From Candidatus Brocadia sp. (GTDB taxonomy: Bacteria; Planctomycetota; Brocadiia; Brocadiales; Brocadiaceae), in assembly GCA_021650915.1 (NCBI GenBank), contig CP091279.1, positions 2,580,001 to 2,612,000 of the forward strand: a stretch of 32,000 nt of DNA, written 5' to 3'. Each line of letters starts with the position of its first letter. Within the stretch, counting starts at the first letter, position 1. Below are positions 23,877-32,000 of the stretch, one piece after another. The notes under the pieces are model-generated. The model worked only from the letters and a program-made list of their open reading frames with translations, did not search any database and was not told where the DNA came from. The position numbers and the translations under genes were made by a program.

Positions 23877-25381
23877 GCGGCACCGCCTTTCTGCATCAGG
23901 TGCAATACCGGGGCAAGCGCTCCGGATTCAATCGAGGCGCTTTTACTGTTGTCAATGAGATGTACCCGTATGGCTTGGCCAAGGTTGAAATTAAGGTCTC
24001 TTTTCTCAGGTGGAATGGCAAAGACGCAGAAATATTTTATCGGGAATTTTTTTGTAAAGCTGAGTTGCAGAGCGGCGCTAAGCCGCTGACGCACCCAATT
24101 TTCATTCACGCTGCCAAACAGTATCATGAGCATAGACACCTCTTTGAGCCTGGCTTCAAGGGCATCCATATTCTTGCCTGGATCGTCTTCCTGGGGGTTT
24201 ATGTAAGGCTGGATGTTATTCTCCAAAAGAAATTTGCTTAAATCCAGGGCATATCTCTGGTCTTTTACATGGGTATCCAGAAGCACGGCGTGAGGCGCGC
24301 CATTCGCTTTGGCTGCTGTTTGCAACCGCTCTATCTTTTCGATAATTTGCGGCACCAAATCAGCAGGTATCCCGCGTATGAAATCATAAGCGGCACGAGT
24401 CCGGTCGTCACTTTCGAGTTTGGTTAGAAACTCCTTCTGGCATTCATCTTCAATCGTTTCCAGATCGAGATCCTTTGACGCCCAGATGAGTTGTGCGGCA
24501 GTGGCGTTCAATGCGAGTTCCACTTGTTTTCGTGGATAAGAAATGTCAGGCTCACCTTCAATTTCTCTTCCGGAGTAGCCGTCTAACAGATGAACACTGA
24601 GAACCGATTCCTTGAGTACGACGCTGACCCTTTCTTCATGTGCCCGGGCTTCATACGGAGGGGGTATATTGCTCACTATTTTTATCCCCTTGCGCTGCAA
24701 ATCATTGACTACGCGGGATCGCACGGAACGCAGGGAATCGCTGACATCAGAAACAAAGACACACGGGATGTCTTTTAACGATACGGTTTCTTTTCCTGGT
24801 TTCCGGGTTGCCGTACCCTCTGCCTTTGTTTTAAAGGCCTGAAGCATCGTATGGAGGGAATCAACCAGTTTTCTGAGTTGATCGTGAAACCTTTTGTCGG
24901 CCGGATCGGTTGGCATTCCGACAGCGTCGGTTTTCTCTGCGTCATGGAAGGGATATCCACTCATACCGCTGAATTCCTTTGGCCATTTGTCATAGGGAAT
25001 GTTGCTCAATAATACGTTGTATATCCGCGAGCGATCACCCATCTGTAATCCATATTTTTCTGCCTGTGCTTTTGTGTGAAACAACTGTAACTCCTTTGGA
25101 CAATAACTATCAGGGTGAAAGTAGCCATGGGAAGTAAGCGCCAGGAACAGTGCAGATTTATCAATAGCGGACTGAATTGTGTTGTCCAACAATTGATTGC
25201 CTTCAAGCCTCATATCTCGCCAGATTTTTACCAGTCCCATCCGGCCGATGCATTTTGCGAGGGCAATTTCCAGTTCTTCATGAAACTGATTGACCCAGCA
25301 TGACTTGCCTTGTATAGCGCAATTGTCGACATGTGCGTAGCTGATAAAGATGTCGTGTTCAAAACCGGGGATGTAGGCCAT
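23873..25381 (-). CDS. TIR-domain protein with ~340-aa C-terminal extension
   Basis: The preferred start is ATG at 25381 (GGAG 8 nt upstream); the ORF-track start at 25444 has no RBS. TIR-like motifs: DIFISYAHVDN, IWRDMRLEGNQLLDNTIQSAIDKSALFLALTSHGYF, YCPKELQLF. Its TGA overlaps the ATG of the STAND gene (ATGA at 23873-23876). Confidence 0.8.
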   Translation of the reverse strand: MAYIPGFEHDIFISYAHVDNCAIQGKSCWVNQFHEELEIALAKCIGRMGLVKIWRDMRLEGNQLLDNTIQSAIDKSALFLALTSHGYFHPDSYCPKELQLFHTKAQAEKYGLQMGDRSRIYNVLLSNIPYDKWPKEFSGMSGYPFHDAEKTDAVGMPTDPADKRFHDQLRKLVDSLHTMLQAFKTKAEGTATRKPGKETVSLKDIPCVFVSDVSDSLRSVRSRVVNDLQRKGIKIVSNIPPPYEARAHEERVSVVLKESVLSVHLLDGYSGREIEGEPDISYPRKQVELALNATAAQLIWASKDLDLETIEDECQKEFLTKLESDDRTRAAYDFIRGIPADLVPQIIEKIERLQTAAKANGAPHAVLLDTHVKDQRYALDLSKFLLENNIQPYINPQEDDPGKNMDALEARLKEVSMLMILFGSVNENWVRQRLSAALQLSFTKKFPIKYFCVFAIPPEKRDLNFNLGQAIRVHLIDNSKSASIESGALAPVLHLMQKGGAA

Positions 25382-25504
25382 AACAAAACTCCATGTTTTG
25401 ATGAGAGACAGGCGAAAAAACGCAAGTAATATATCAAAAGACATTCAGAATAGCCAGTATTTCTTTCCTTGACGCCAAGACATTTCAATCTTGTAGATGC
25501 AATT

Positions 25505-27559
25505 TATAGAGCTGGCGCATAAGCGAAAAGATTCGTTGTAAATCAGGGAGAAGAGGCGATAGGACGGGGCAATAATTTTGTAAAGTCTACAAAAAGATAT
25601 CAAGAACGGCAGCATGAAAAGGCTTGTTTTTCAGGGGAGATGAAAAAATATTTGAAGAAAAGAGGGGAAAAATTACAAAATAGTCGTGCCCATCTTGTAT
25701 AATAAATCAGGCAAACTATTCGAAATACCATACAAGGGAGGGCACAGTGAAATGATACCATTATTGAGGAACACAAGCCAGCAAAAACCATTATTCCATA
25801 TCATTCATGAAGACGACAGATATTTGCTGAATACCGATGATGCGGAGTGGTTTCAGGTATTGTACCATTTTCGATACGAAAGATATGTGGGGTTTGGAGT
25901 AGACTATTATAATGCGCTGCATGAATTTAACCAGAAGCAGGCCAGGGAGCGAGAAGAGCGAGGAGTTGAGGGGGAGAAAGATGCGAGGGAGACCAAGGAG
26001 GAAGCGCGGCAGAGATTGCTCTTTTCACGGGTAACCATGCAGGCAGAGGGTGAGAGAGGAGAAGGGGTTTTATTCGAGGTAAAAAGAGAAGATTTGTCGC
26101 TATCGGGGGTATCTCCGGAGAGTATAGCGCCTGGCAAGGTGCCATTTCGATTTGGGGGGAAAAAGCCGAAGTGTTTTTTTGCTTTGCTGAAGAGTTTTAT
26201 CGGTGCAACGATAATGGGGTTTCCCGCCGAGCCGGAAAAGGTGTACCGGTTATTGAAGAGCAATCCCAGTTTTGCGCGGGTATGTGGATTTATTCCCAGA
26301 CACGTCAGGGACGAGTATTGCAGTGAGCACATACCAAGCCTTCGGAAGCTGGAGCAGTTTGACCAGATCATGAGAGAAAGCGGGATATGGGCGAGGATAA
26401 AAGTGGAAGAGGTGAAAGCGAACATAACGAGTGGGATCATAAGAAAGGAAAATGAGTTGGTGGGAGACACGACCCATTATTACGCGTATTCGGGCTTTGA
26501 GACCGTAGTATATAAAGATGCGAGTGGCAAAGAGCAGAAGAAATCGCAGTCAAAGGTAACCAAGAGGTGTGGTTGCGAAGATAAGCAGGGGTGCAGTCAT
26601 TCGTGGGGATTGAGTGATGATGGGGCGGGGACAATCGTAAAATCCGGGGGAAAGATGTATTGGGGTCACAAGGCAAGTGTGCTTGGGTATCCCCGTCAAG
26701 GGATACCCTTAGATGCGCGTGCGATAAAGGATGCGGCGACCTTTGATGGAATGACCTTATACCCGCACGTGAAGGAAGTCTTTGAGATGTATCCGGAGAT
26801 TCAACCGTCGGTAGAAAGGGTATTGTATGATAGCGCAGGCGACAGTGATGAAATCAAGAAGAAATTCAGGGAGGATCTGGGTATAGAGGTAAAGGTGTCT
26901 TTCAATCCAAGAAGGAAAAAGGAGATCACGGAAGATTTGCCACGAGGAATAGACAAGATTACACCGTATGGTATTCCGGTGTGTAAGGCGGGATACGAGA
27001 TGGAATATCAGGGGATGAGATACGAACATGAGAAGTTTATCTATCAAGCGCCAAAGGATTCAGACAATGCGCCGGTATGTCGCGCTTGTTATCATCGAGA
27101 GGATTGTTGCCCAAATGCTACCGGTGGCAGGATAATCAATATCTCGTTTGGTCTCTTGCCACACATAGACCCCAAAGACCCTCCGATGGCGAAGAGGTAC
27201 AAGGCCATCATGTCCCGTCGTCCTGCGGTGGAAAGGATGATAAAACGGTTGAAGTGTGACTTTGGGGATGATCGGCTCACGAAGCGGGGAAACGATTCGT
27301 TCCAGGCATACCTGGATAAAACCATGATTGCGTTTCATGTCTTGTTAAGAAACTAAATCTGGTTTTCAGCGTAAAAGAGTCGTCGTGTGGAGGGATGGTA
27401 CGTCTGGAATTCGGCTTATTTGGTCTGGTGTCCTCTGACGAATCGTTTTTCTCTCTCTTTGACCTCGCTTTTGAGTGAAATCCGTTTCTCTGTCAATGCA
27501 CACATGATGCAGTTCCGCCTTTTCATGGCTTGTTTTTTAGTTTATGCGCAGGCTCTATA
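25505..27559 (+). mobile_element. IS4/IS5-superfamily-like insertion sequence (about 2.06 kb)
   Basis: The terminal inverted repeats are TATAGAGCTGGCGCATAAGC (25505-25524) and the reverse complement of 27540-27559, TATAGAGCCTGCGCATAAAC. These match at 17 of 20 positions. The element has a single DDE transposase ORF. No clear target duplication found. Confidence 0.7.
25752..27356 (+). CDS. DDE transposase (IS4-like; DDE_Tnp_1-type C-terminus)
   Basis: Candidate catalytic residues are in VGDTTHYYAYSG and VLYDSAGDSDE. The C-terminal RRPAVERMIKRLK carries the R-x3-E-x6-K signature, followed by LTKRGNDSFQAYLDKTMIAFHVLL. ATG at 25752 is preferred because GGGAGGG and the extended -10 TGTATAAT (25696-25703) lie upstream; the ORF track starts at 25686. 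Confidence 0.8.
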   Translation: MIPLLRNTSQQKPLFHIIHEDDRYLLNTDDAEWFQVLYHFRYERYVGFGVDYYNALHEFNQKQAREREERGVEGEKDARETKEEARQRLLFSRVTMQAEGERGEGVLFEVKREDLSLSGVSPESIAPGKVPFRFGGKKPKCFFALLKSFIGATIMGFPAEPEKVYRLLKSNPSFARVCGFIPRHVRDEYCSEHIPSLRKLEQFDQIMRESGIWARIKVEEVKANITSGIIRKENELVGDTTHYYAYSGFETVVYKDASGKEQKKSQSKVTKRCGCEDKQGCSHSWGLSDDGAGTIVKSGGKMYWGHKASVLGYPRQGIPLDARAIKDAATFDGMTLYPHVKEVFEMYPEIQPSVERVLYDSAGDSDEIKKKFREDLGIEVKVSFNPRRKKEITEDLPRGIDKITPYGIPVCKAGYEMEYQGMRYEHEKFIYQAPKDSDNAPVCRACYHREDCCPNATGGRIINISFGLLPHIDPKDPPMAKRYKAIMSRRPAVERMIKRLKCDFGDDRLTKRGNDSFQAYLDKTMIAFHVLLRN

Positions 27560-27813
27560 GTATTACCGTATAAAATCTTTCTTTTTTACAAGTTTTTCGA
27601 CAACCCCCTTTACCCCCTTTGCTAAGGGGGAATTGGTTTTGGTTGCGGCTGTGCTGCGTTATGAATTGCATCAATACTCCACCCTGAGCGCCCGTGTCGC
27701 CACTGGCCTGCTCAATAATCTTGTTGATGACGCGGCTATTAACCATTACTATTAAAGGTGAGGTATCTATTTTTTAATCATGCACTACGCCTTTGAAAAA
27801 GGGGTTAATCACA

Positions 27814-28335
27814 ATGAAGAAAATTGGCAAAGGCTTCGCCCGTTCTTATGGCATACCGGTTCTTGTATTCTTATTCATGGCGGGTTGCGCGCCGGTAATA
27901 TCGAAACAGGTCAGGGAACAAGTGAGACCAGAAGTTACTTTTGCCGAAGTGTTCAATGATCCCGGACGGTACAAAGGTCAAATGATCGTCTTAAGTGGGA
28001 TCGTTCTCAAGACCGAGAATACTAAAGAAGGAACCCTACTGCAAATATTACAGCGTCCTGCTGGATTTCGAGGAAAGCCTAAGGATGTGGATGAAACCGG
28101 CGGAAGGTTTCTGGCGCTCGACAGCCGTTACTTAGATGTGAATGTATTTACTGAAGGACGGGCGGTTACCATTGCAGGGGAGGTTCAGGGGAAGAGGACT
28201 CTCCCTCTGGATAAGATAGAGTATACGTATCCATTAATTTCCGTGAAGGAATTATATCTTTGGCCCGCCACAAGAAACTACCATGCCCCTCATTCTTCCG
28301 TGCATATCGGTCTTGGCGTTGGACATTCCTACTGA
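27814..28335 (+). CDS. Slp-family outer-membrane lipoprotein, paralogue 1
   Basis: Signal peptide with lipobox LFMAGC. The body resembles Slp (PG.Y.G......G.V.......gTLL.I...P........P.......GRFLA....YLD...F..GR.VT..G.V.G). ATG at 27814 is preferred over the upstream TTG. Confidence 0.7.
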   Translation: MKKIGKGFARSYGIPVLVFLFMAGCAPVISKQVREQVRPEVTFAEVFNDPGRYKGQMIVLSGIVLKTENTKEGTLLQILQRPAGFRGKPKDVDETGGRFLALDSRYLDVNVFTEGRAVTIAGEVQGKRTLPLDKIEYTYPLISVKELYLWPATRNYHAPHSSVHIGLGVGHSY

Positions 28336-28513
28336 TAAAGCTTGAAATAGCTGTGATTCGTACAAAAAACGATAGGTATTTCTGCAAAGGCGGATTATAT
28401 CCTCTCTTTACTCAATAATCTTGTTGATGACATGGTTATAAAGCATTATCATTAATAATAAGCATGTTTATTTTTAATCATACATACTGTTTTTGAAATT
28501 TCAGGGGAAGATT

Positions 28514-29107
28514 ATGGTGAAGGAAACCGGCAAGGCGTTTGTTTCTTCTTATGGCATGCCGATTATTCTATTCTTATTCATGGCCAGTTGCGCGCCGGTG
28601 ATATCAAAGCAGGTCAGGGATCAGGTCAGACCTGAGATGACTTTCAGTGCGGTATTCAGGGATCCCGAAGGCTATAAGGGACAAATGATTGTTTTAAGCG
28701 GGGTCATTGTGAGCGCTGAAAATACGAAAGAGGGAACGTTATTACAGATAGTGCAGCGTCCCGCGGGTTTTCGGGGACAGCCGAAGGATGTGGACACAAC
28801 GGAAGGCAGATTTTTGGCGCTTGACAGCCGGTACCTGGATACCTATGTCTATGCAAAGGACAGAGAAGTTACGGTTGCCGGAGAAGTTCAGGGAAAGAGA
28901 ACCTTGCCTCTGGATAAGACCGAGTATACGTACCCGATGATTCAGGTGAAGGAATTGTACCTTTGGCCGGTGATTGAGCATCGTGATTATTCCCCTTATC
29001 CGTATTACTATCGTCATCCCTTTTTTTATTATGATGACTACTGGTGGTGGCAACCCTATCCAGCAGATAAAAGAAAATGTGAGAAGTCCGGCAAATCTAA
29101 AAAATAA
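28514..29107 (+). CDS. Slp-family outer-membrane lipoprotein, paralogue 2, with aromatic-rich C-terminal tail
   Basis: Lipobox LFMASC. It is collinear with paralogue 1 over about 150 aa, then adds YSPYPYYYRHPFFYYDDYWWWQPYPADKRKCEKSGKSKK. Confidence 0.7.
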   Translation: MVKETGKAFVSSYGMPIILFLFMASCAPVISKQVRDQVRPEMTFSAVFRDPEGYKGQMIVLSGVIVSAENTKEGTLLQIVQRPAGFRGQPKDVDTTEGRFLALDSRYLDTYVYAKDREVTVAGEVQGKRTLPLDKTEYTYPMIQVKELYLWPVIEHRDYSPYPYYYRHPFFYYDDYWWWQPYPADKRKCEKSGKSKK

Positions 29108-30601
29108 TCAGCGTCCCGGACGTCTTTTGCAAAGCCTTGCCAGGTATCCGCCGTCCCCAACAGTCATGCCCGGTAAGTGGTACTCCTCTGCATCGAGATA
29201 GAATGAGAACTCATTGTCTGCGCTATGACGGTGGAAAGTCTTCGTTTTTTCGCACGTCTTTTTATTCCCGTCTTCGCCGCCCCTGATAGGGAGAATTTGG
29301 CCGAGGTCTTGCTGTGTTATGAATTTCTTTATTATCGCCTGATTTTCCTCCGGTTCGATGCTGCAGGTGCTGTAAACCAGATAGCCGTCGGGTTTCATCA
29401 AGGCGGCGCCGGCCGTAAGGATCGAATATTGGAGTGAGGCGAGAGATTCGATATCCCCTTCTTTTAACCTCCACCGCGCCTCTGCCCGGCGCGCAAGCAC
29501 CCCGGTATTGGAACATGGCGCATCGATGAGTACCCGGTCGAACTGCATCTGAAAAGGCGCCCCGTCCTCAGACGCATCTCCGCACACCAGGGAGACGTTG
29601 TGAATTCCCATCCGCCGGCAATTTTCTTTCACGAGCTGCAAACGACTGGGGGAAATATCCATCGCATAGATCCAGCCCGTCCCTTCCAGCAGTTCTGCAA
29701 TATGGGTTGTCTTTCCTCCGGGAGCGGCGCACAGGTCTAACACGGTATGTGATTTGTCCACCTTGAGGAATTCTGCCGCCTTCATGGCAGAAATGTCCTG
29801 TACAAAGAAGAGTCCTTCCGCAAATCCTGGTATTTCCGAAACGGCAGTGTCGCCAACAACAACGGCATTTCCGACCGTGTGTGAGGGGATACCCTTTTGA
29901 TCCAGCAATGCAGTAAATTCCCTGATTGATATTTTCCGCTGGTTGATGCGGAGGAACAGCTCGGGTGCACGATTGTTGGACCGGCAGATTTCCATGGTCT
30001 TCTCCTTTCCATACCTGCTGAGCCATCGTTGTATTAACCATTCAGGATGGCTATAATTCATTGCCAGATAGGAAGAGAGCGCTTCGTCAGGACTGGGGAA
30101 TAGGGGGACGTGGAAGGTACACCAGGTGTTCTCCCGCCGGTACAGGGCCTTCCGCGGGTCGGTAATTTCTGATGCCGGTGCGGATTTCTTCTGAATGCTG
30201 CGTTCAATGGATCGCAGAACTGCGTTGGTGAATCTGGTGGCATCGGTACGGCGGGTCAATTTTTTTACCAGTTCGACCGATGTGTTTACCGCTGCCGAAG
30301 AGGGGATTCTGTCCAAAAAGATGATCTGATAGAGACCGAGCCGCAGGGCATAGATGATCCAGGGCTCTATTCTGGCAAGCGGAATTTTTGAGAAAGAGGA
30401 AATGATGGTGTCAAGGGTTAAACGGTGGCGGATAACGCCATTTGTCAATTCGGTAAGGAGTCCTTTGTCCCGTTCAGACAGATCGCCGCGTGAACATCTC
30501 TCGGAGAGTAATTCCCGGGCAAAAACCTCCTGTTCATCAATTGCCCTCAGGATACGAATAGCTTCATGGCGGACGTTTGTCTCAGGTGAGGAATTTTTCA
30601 A
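29108..30601 (-). CDS. rsmB: 16S rRNA (cytosine-C5)-methyltransferase RsmB/Sun
   Basis: A NusB-like N-terminus is followed by the RsmB/NOP2 catalytic core: VLDLCAAPGGKTTHIAELL, IYAMDISPSRL, VLIDAPCSNTGVLARR, LVYSTCSIEPEENQ. Confidence 0.9.
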   Translation of the reverse strand: MKNSSPETNVRHEAIRILRAIDEQEVFARELLSERCSRGDLSERDKGLLTELTNGVIRHRLTLDTIISSFSKIPLARIEPWIIYALRLGLYQIIFLDRIPSSAAVNTSVELVKKLTRRTDATRFTNAVLRSIERSIQKKSAPASEITDPRKALYRRENTWCTFHVPLFPSPDEALSSYLAMNYSHPEWLIQRWLSRYGKEKTMEICRSNNRAPELFLRINQRKISIREFTALLDQKGIPSHTVGNAVVVGDTAVSEIPGFAEGLFFVQDISAMKAAEFLKVDKSHTVLDLCAAPGGKTTHIAELLEGTGWIYAMDISPSRLQLVKENCRRMGIHNVSLVCGDASEDGAPFQMQFDRVLIDAPCSNTGVLARRAEARWRLKEGDIESLASLQYSILTAGAALMKPDGYLVYSTCSIEPEENQAIIKKFITQQDLGQILPIRGGEDGNKKTCEKTKTFHRHSADNEFSFYLDAEEYHLPGMTVGDGGYLARLCKRRPGR

Positions 30602-31025
30602 TCGCCTCTTTTACCTCGTCCAGATATACGTCTGTATCCTTGCAATATCCGTGAGGCCTGAGATTGGGTACCGCAAATATTGCCTTCGACATGGCTGCCA
30701 TCAGACCCGTCCTGAGTTCCTTTTCGCAGGCAATCGCAATTACCCCGTGGATATCTTCATCCATCACCCTCTGAAGGGCGGCGCGTCCCCCGCTGGCAAG
30801 GGTAATATGAACCCCGTACTTTTCAGAAAATTCTATCAGGTCTTTGACTTTGCATTTCCCGCAGCGCTTGCATTCATTCAAATCGTTTTTCACATTCTGC
30901 TTGCACTGAGAACTCTGAATGCAATGGGGGAATAAAATCAGCAAATTTTTCGGAGAACATTTTTTCTTCCGAAACTTCATCATGAGGTTATTGATAGAAA
31001 CGACTTTTTTATCAATAAATTCCAT
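30582..31025 (-). CDS. DUF116 family protein (Cys-rich)
   Basis: LLILFPHCIQSSQC....C..CGKCKV....., ASGGRAAL, GVIAIACEKEL and ..HGYCKDTDV match my memory of DUF116, which commonly sits between fmt and rsmB. It overlaps rsmB by 20 nt. Confidence 0.75.
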   Translation of the reverse strand: MEFIDKKVVSINNLMMKFRKKKCSPKNLLILFPHCIQSSQCKQNVKNDLNECKRCGKCKVKDLIEFSEKYGVHITLASGGRAALQRVMDEDIHGVIAIACEKELRTGLMAAMSKAIFAVPNLRPHGYCKDTDVYLDEVKEAIEKFLT

Positions 31026-31085
31026 AGTACCTGCCTTTGTGTAAATGGTAAAAGATTATTTTTTTGCCGCAGAAAAGATCCGGAC

Positions 31086-32000
31086 TTACGGCACAAACAT
31101 ATCCCCACCGCGTATCTTATGACCCCGTATATATTCCTGGGCATCCATTACGCGTTTACCCTCCGGTTGCAATTGGGTAATACAAATAACGCCGTCCTTT
31201 GTTGCAACATGGATCCCACAGGGGGCAATTTCCTGTATCATGCCGGGATTGAGCGGTGGTTTCGTTTTTGATACATCGTGAATCTGCGTCTTTTGTATAA
31301 GGATTCTTGCTTTTTCCTGAGAATCGTTTTTGAGAAAATAAGCATGCGCCCCGGGGGCGGGTGTCATTCCCCGTATCTGGTTATGAATTTTTTGCGTCTC
31401 GTGGGACCACAAAATGAATCCGTCCTCTTTTTTTAATTTCGGAGCAAAGGATACGCCCTGTTCGTCCTGGGGTGTATACGTGGCCTTTCCCGTTTCGATG
31501 AGACGCAGGGCGTCAAGCAAAAGCTCCGCCCCCATTACCGACAGTCTTTTTTCAAGTGCTCCTGCGTTTTCGTCCGACGATAGCGGCGTTGTTTTTTGAG
31601 CAATCATATCGCCGGCATCCATCCTGGCAGTCATAACTACGGCGGTAACTCCGGTGATAGTTTCCCCTTGTATGATTGCCCAATTAATCGGGGCGGCCCC
31701 GCGGTATTTTGGCAATAAGGATGCGTGAATATTCAGGCACCGGTATCGCGGAAGCTGAAGGATTGCATTGGACAAAAACTGGCCAAAGGCAACAACGACG
31801 ATACATTCGGGTGCAATGTCCCTGAGGTGTTTCACTACCGGTTCATCATTGACGTTAACAGGCTGCAGGATTGCGAGCCCCCGCTCCAGCGCCTTTTCCT
31901 TTACGGACGATGGACTCGGGGTCTTGCTTCTGCCCCTGGGCCTGTCCGGCTGCGTAACGACCGCGCGGATTTTATGTGATGACGTTGCCAAGGAGCATAA
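31086..32000 (-). CDS. fmt: methionyl-tRNA formyltransferase, N-terminus beyond window end
   Basis: VVTQPDRPRGR...PSSVK..A...GL...QP, NIHASLLPKYRGAAPINWAIIQGE..TGVT.. and MDAGDMI are collinear with E. coli Fmt. The frame stays open to nt 32000 (..LCSLATSSHKIRAV). Confidence 0.92.
   Translation of the reverse strand, partial: LCSLATSSHKIRAVVTQPDRPRGRSKTPSPSSVKEKALERGLAILQPVNVNDEPVVKHLRDIAPECIVVVAFGQFLSNAILQLPRYRCLNIHASLLPKYRGAAPINWAIIQGETITGVTAVVMTARMDAGDMIAQKTTPLSSDENAGALEKRLSVMGAELLLDALRLIETGKATYTPQDEQGVSFAPKLKKEDGFILWSHETQKIHNQIRGMTPAPGAHAYFLKNDSQEKARILIQKTQIHDVSKTKPPLNPGMIQEIAPCGIHVATKDGVICITQLQPEGKRVMDAQEYIRGHKIRGGDMFVP

Noticed and set aside
27613-27630. GC hairpin CCCCCTT-TGCT-AAGGGGG just outside the IS4-like right end
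   Set aside because: The 7-bp stem has no adjacent T tract on either strand and no second copy in the window. This is insufficient to call a terminator or repeat family.
27555-27746. 63-aa minus-strand ORF (MVNSRVINKIIEQ...) whose first codons recur upstream of the second Slp gene (MLYNHVINKIIE*)
   Set aside because: The similarity is explained by the tandem duplication of the Slp upstream region. The second copy stops after 12 codons and the first runs into the hairpin and IS end. No family recognised.
29105-30601. Zero-nt gap between the convergent slp-2 and rsmB stops, and a 20-nt overlap between DUF116 and rsmB
   Set aside because: This is ordinary compact gene packing. The fmt-DUF116-rsmB order is a common housekeeping arrangement.
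1-32000. Possibility of stop-codon reassignment suggested by the three in-frame stops
   Set aside because: The intact genes called here terminate normally on TAA, TAG or TGA at family-appropriate lengths (for example tdh, rsmB, RT, transposases, the STAND gene). The internal stops occur only in accessory or decayed genes.
1-32000. Search by eye for tRNA, rRNA or tmRNA signatures (T-loop GGTTCGAATCC-like motifs, conserved rRNA stretches)
   Set aside because: None found. The closest string, GGCGGTTCGCCTCC at 6971-6984, is the apical part of the intron domain VI-like hairpin.

Overview
This 32 kb window is mostly accessory, heavily rearranged DNA, with ordinary housekeeping genes at the right end. 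Organism not assigned.

(1) 1-10.7 kb: an RM-like defence locus on the + strand. It comprises a PLD(HKD)-SNF2 helicase, an Eco57I/type IIG-like N6-adenine DNA methyltransferase and a DprA-like protein.
- The locus carries many lesions and insertions. The helicase has a 5' deletion/frameshift. A group II intron with its RT/maturase ORF sits inside the methyltransferase ORF. There are two in-frame REP-like insertions and an in-frame TAG. A low-GC specificity-domain cassette is present. A REP-flanked RAYT (Y1 transposase) gene reads into a second, diverged copy of the methyltransferase 3' tail.

(2) 10.7-14.4 kb: an orphan flagellar-rod-like gene, a 1.7 kb stretch of gene fragments (2-oxoacid:ferredoxin oxidoreductase alpha, BrnT-like, antitoxin-like, a palindromic element), then an intact tdh.

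(3) 14.1-17.7 kb: a two-gene cassette whose second gene (TumE/DUF6516-like) is split by an IS66-family (ISBst12-like) element with an 8-bp target duplication. An IS630-family element follows directly.

(4) 17.7-25.4 kb, minus strand: the best candidate for a novel system. A TIR-domain protein is translationally coupled (ATGA overlap) to a 1946-aa STAND NTPase that has a single transmembrane helix and 28 WD40 repeats. The pair is bracketed by a REP cluster and an IS4-like element.

(5) 27.8-32 kb: two tandem Slp-family lipoprotein paralogues, then rsmB, a DUF116 gene and fmt (open at the window end).

No tRNA, rRNA or CRISPR array was seen. All domain calls come from motif recognition by eye, not database searches.
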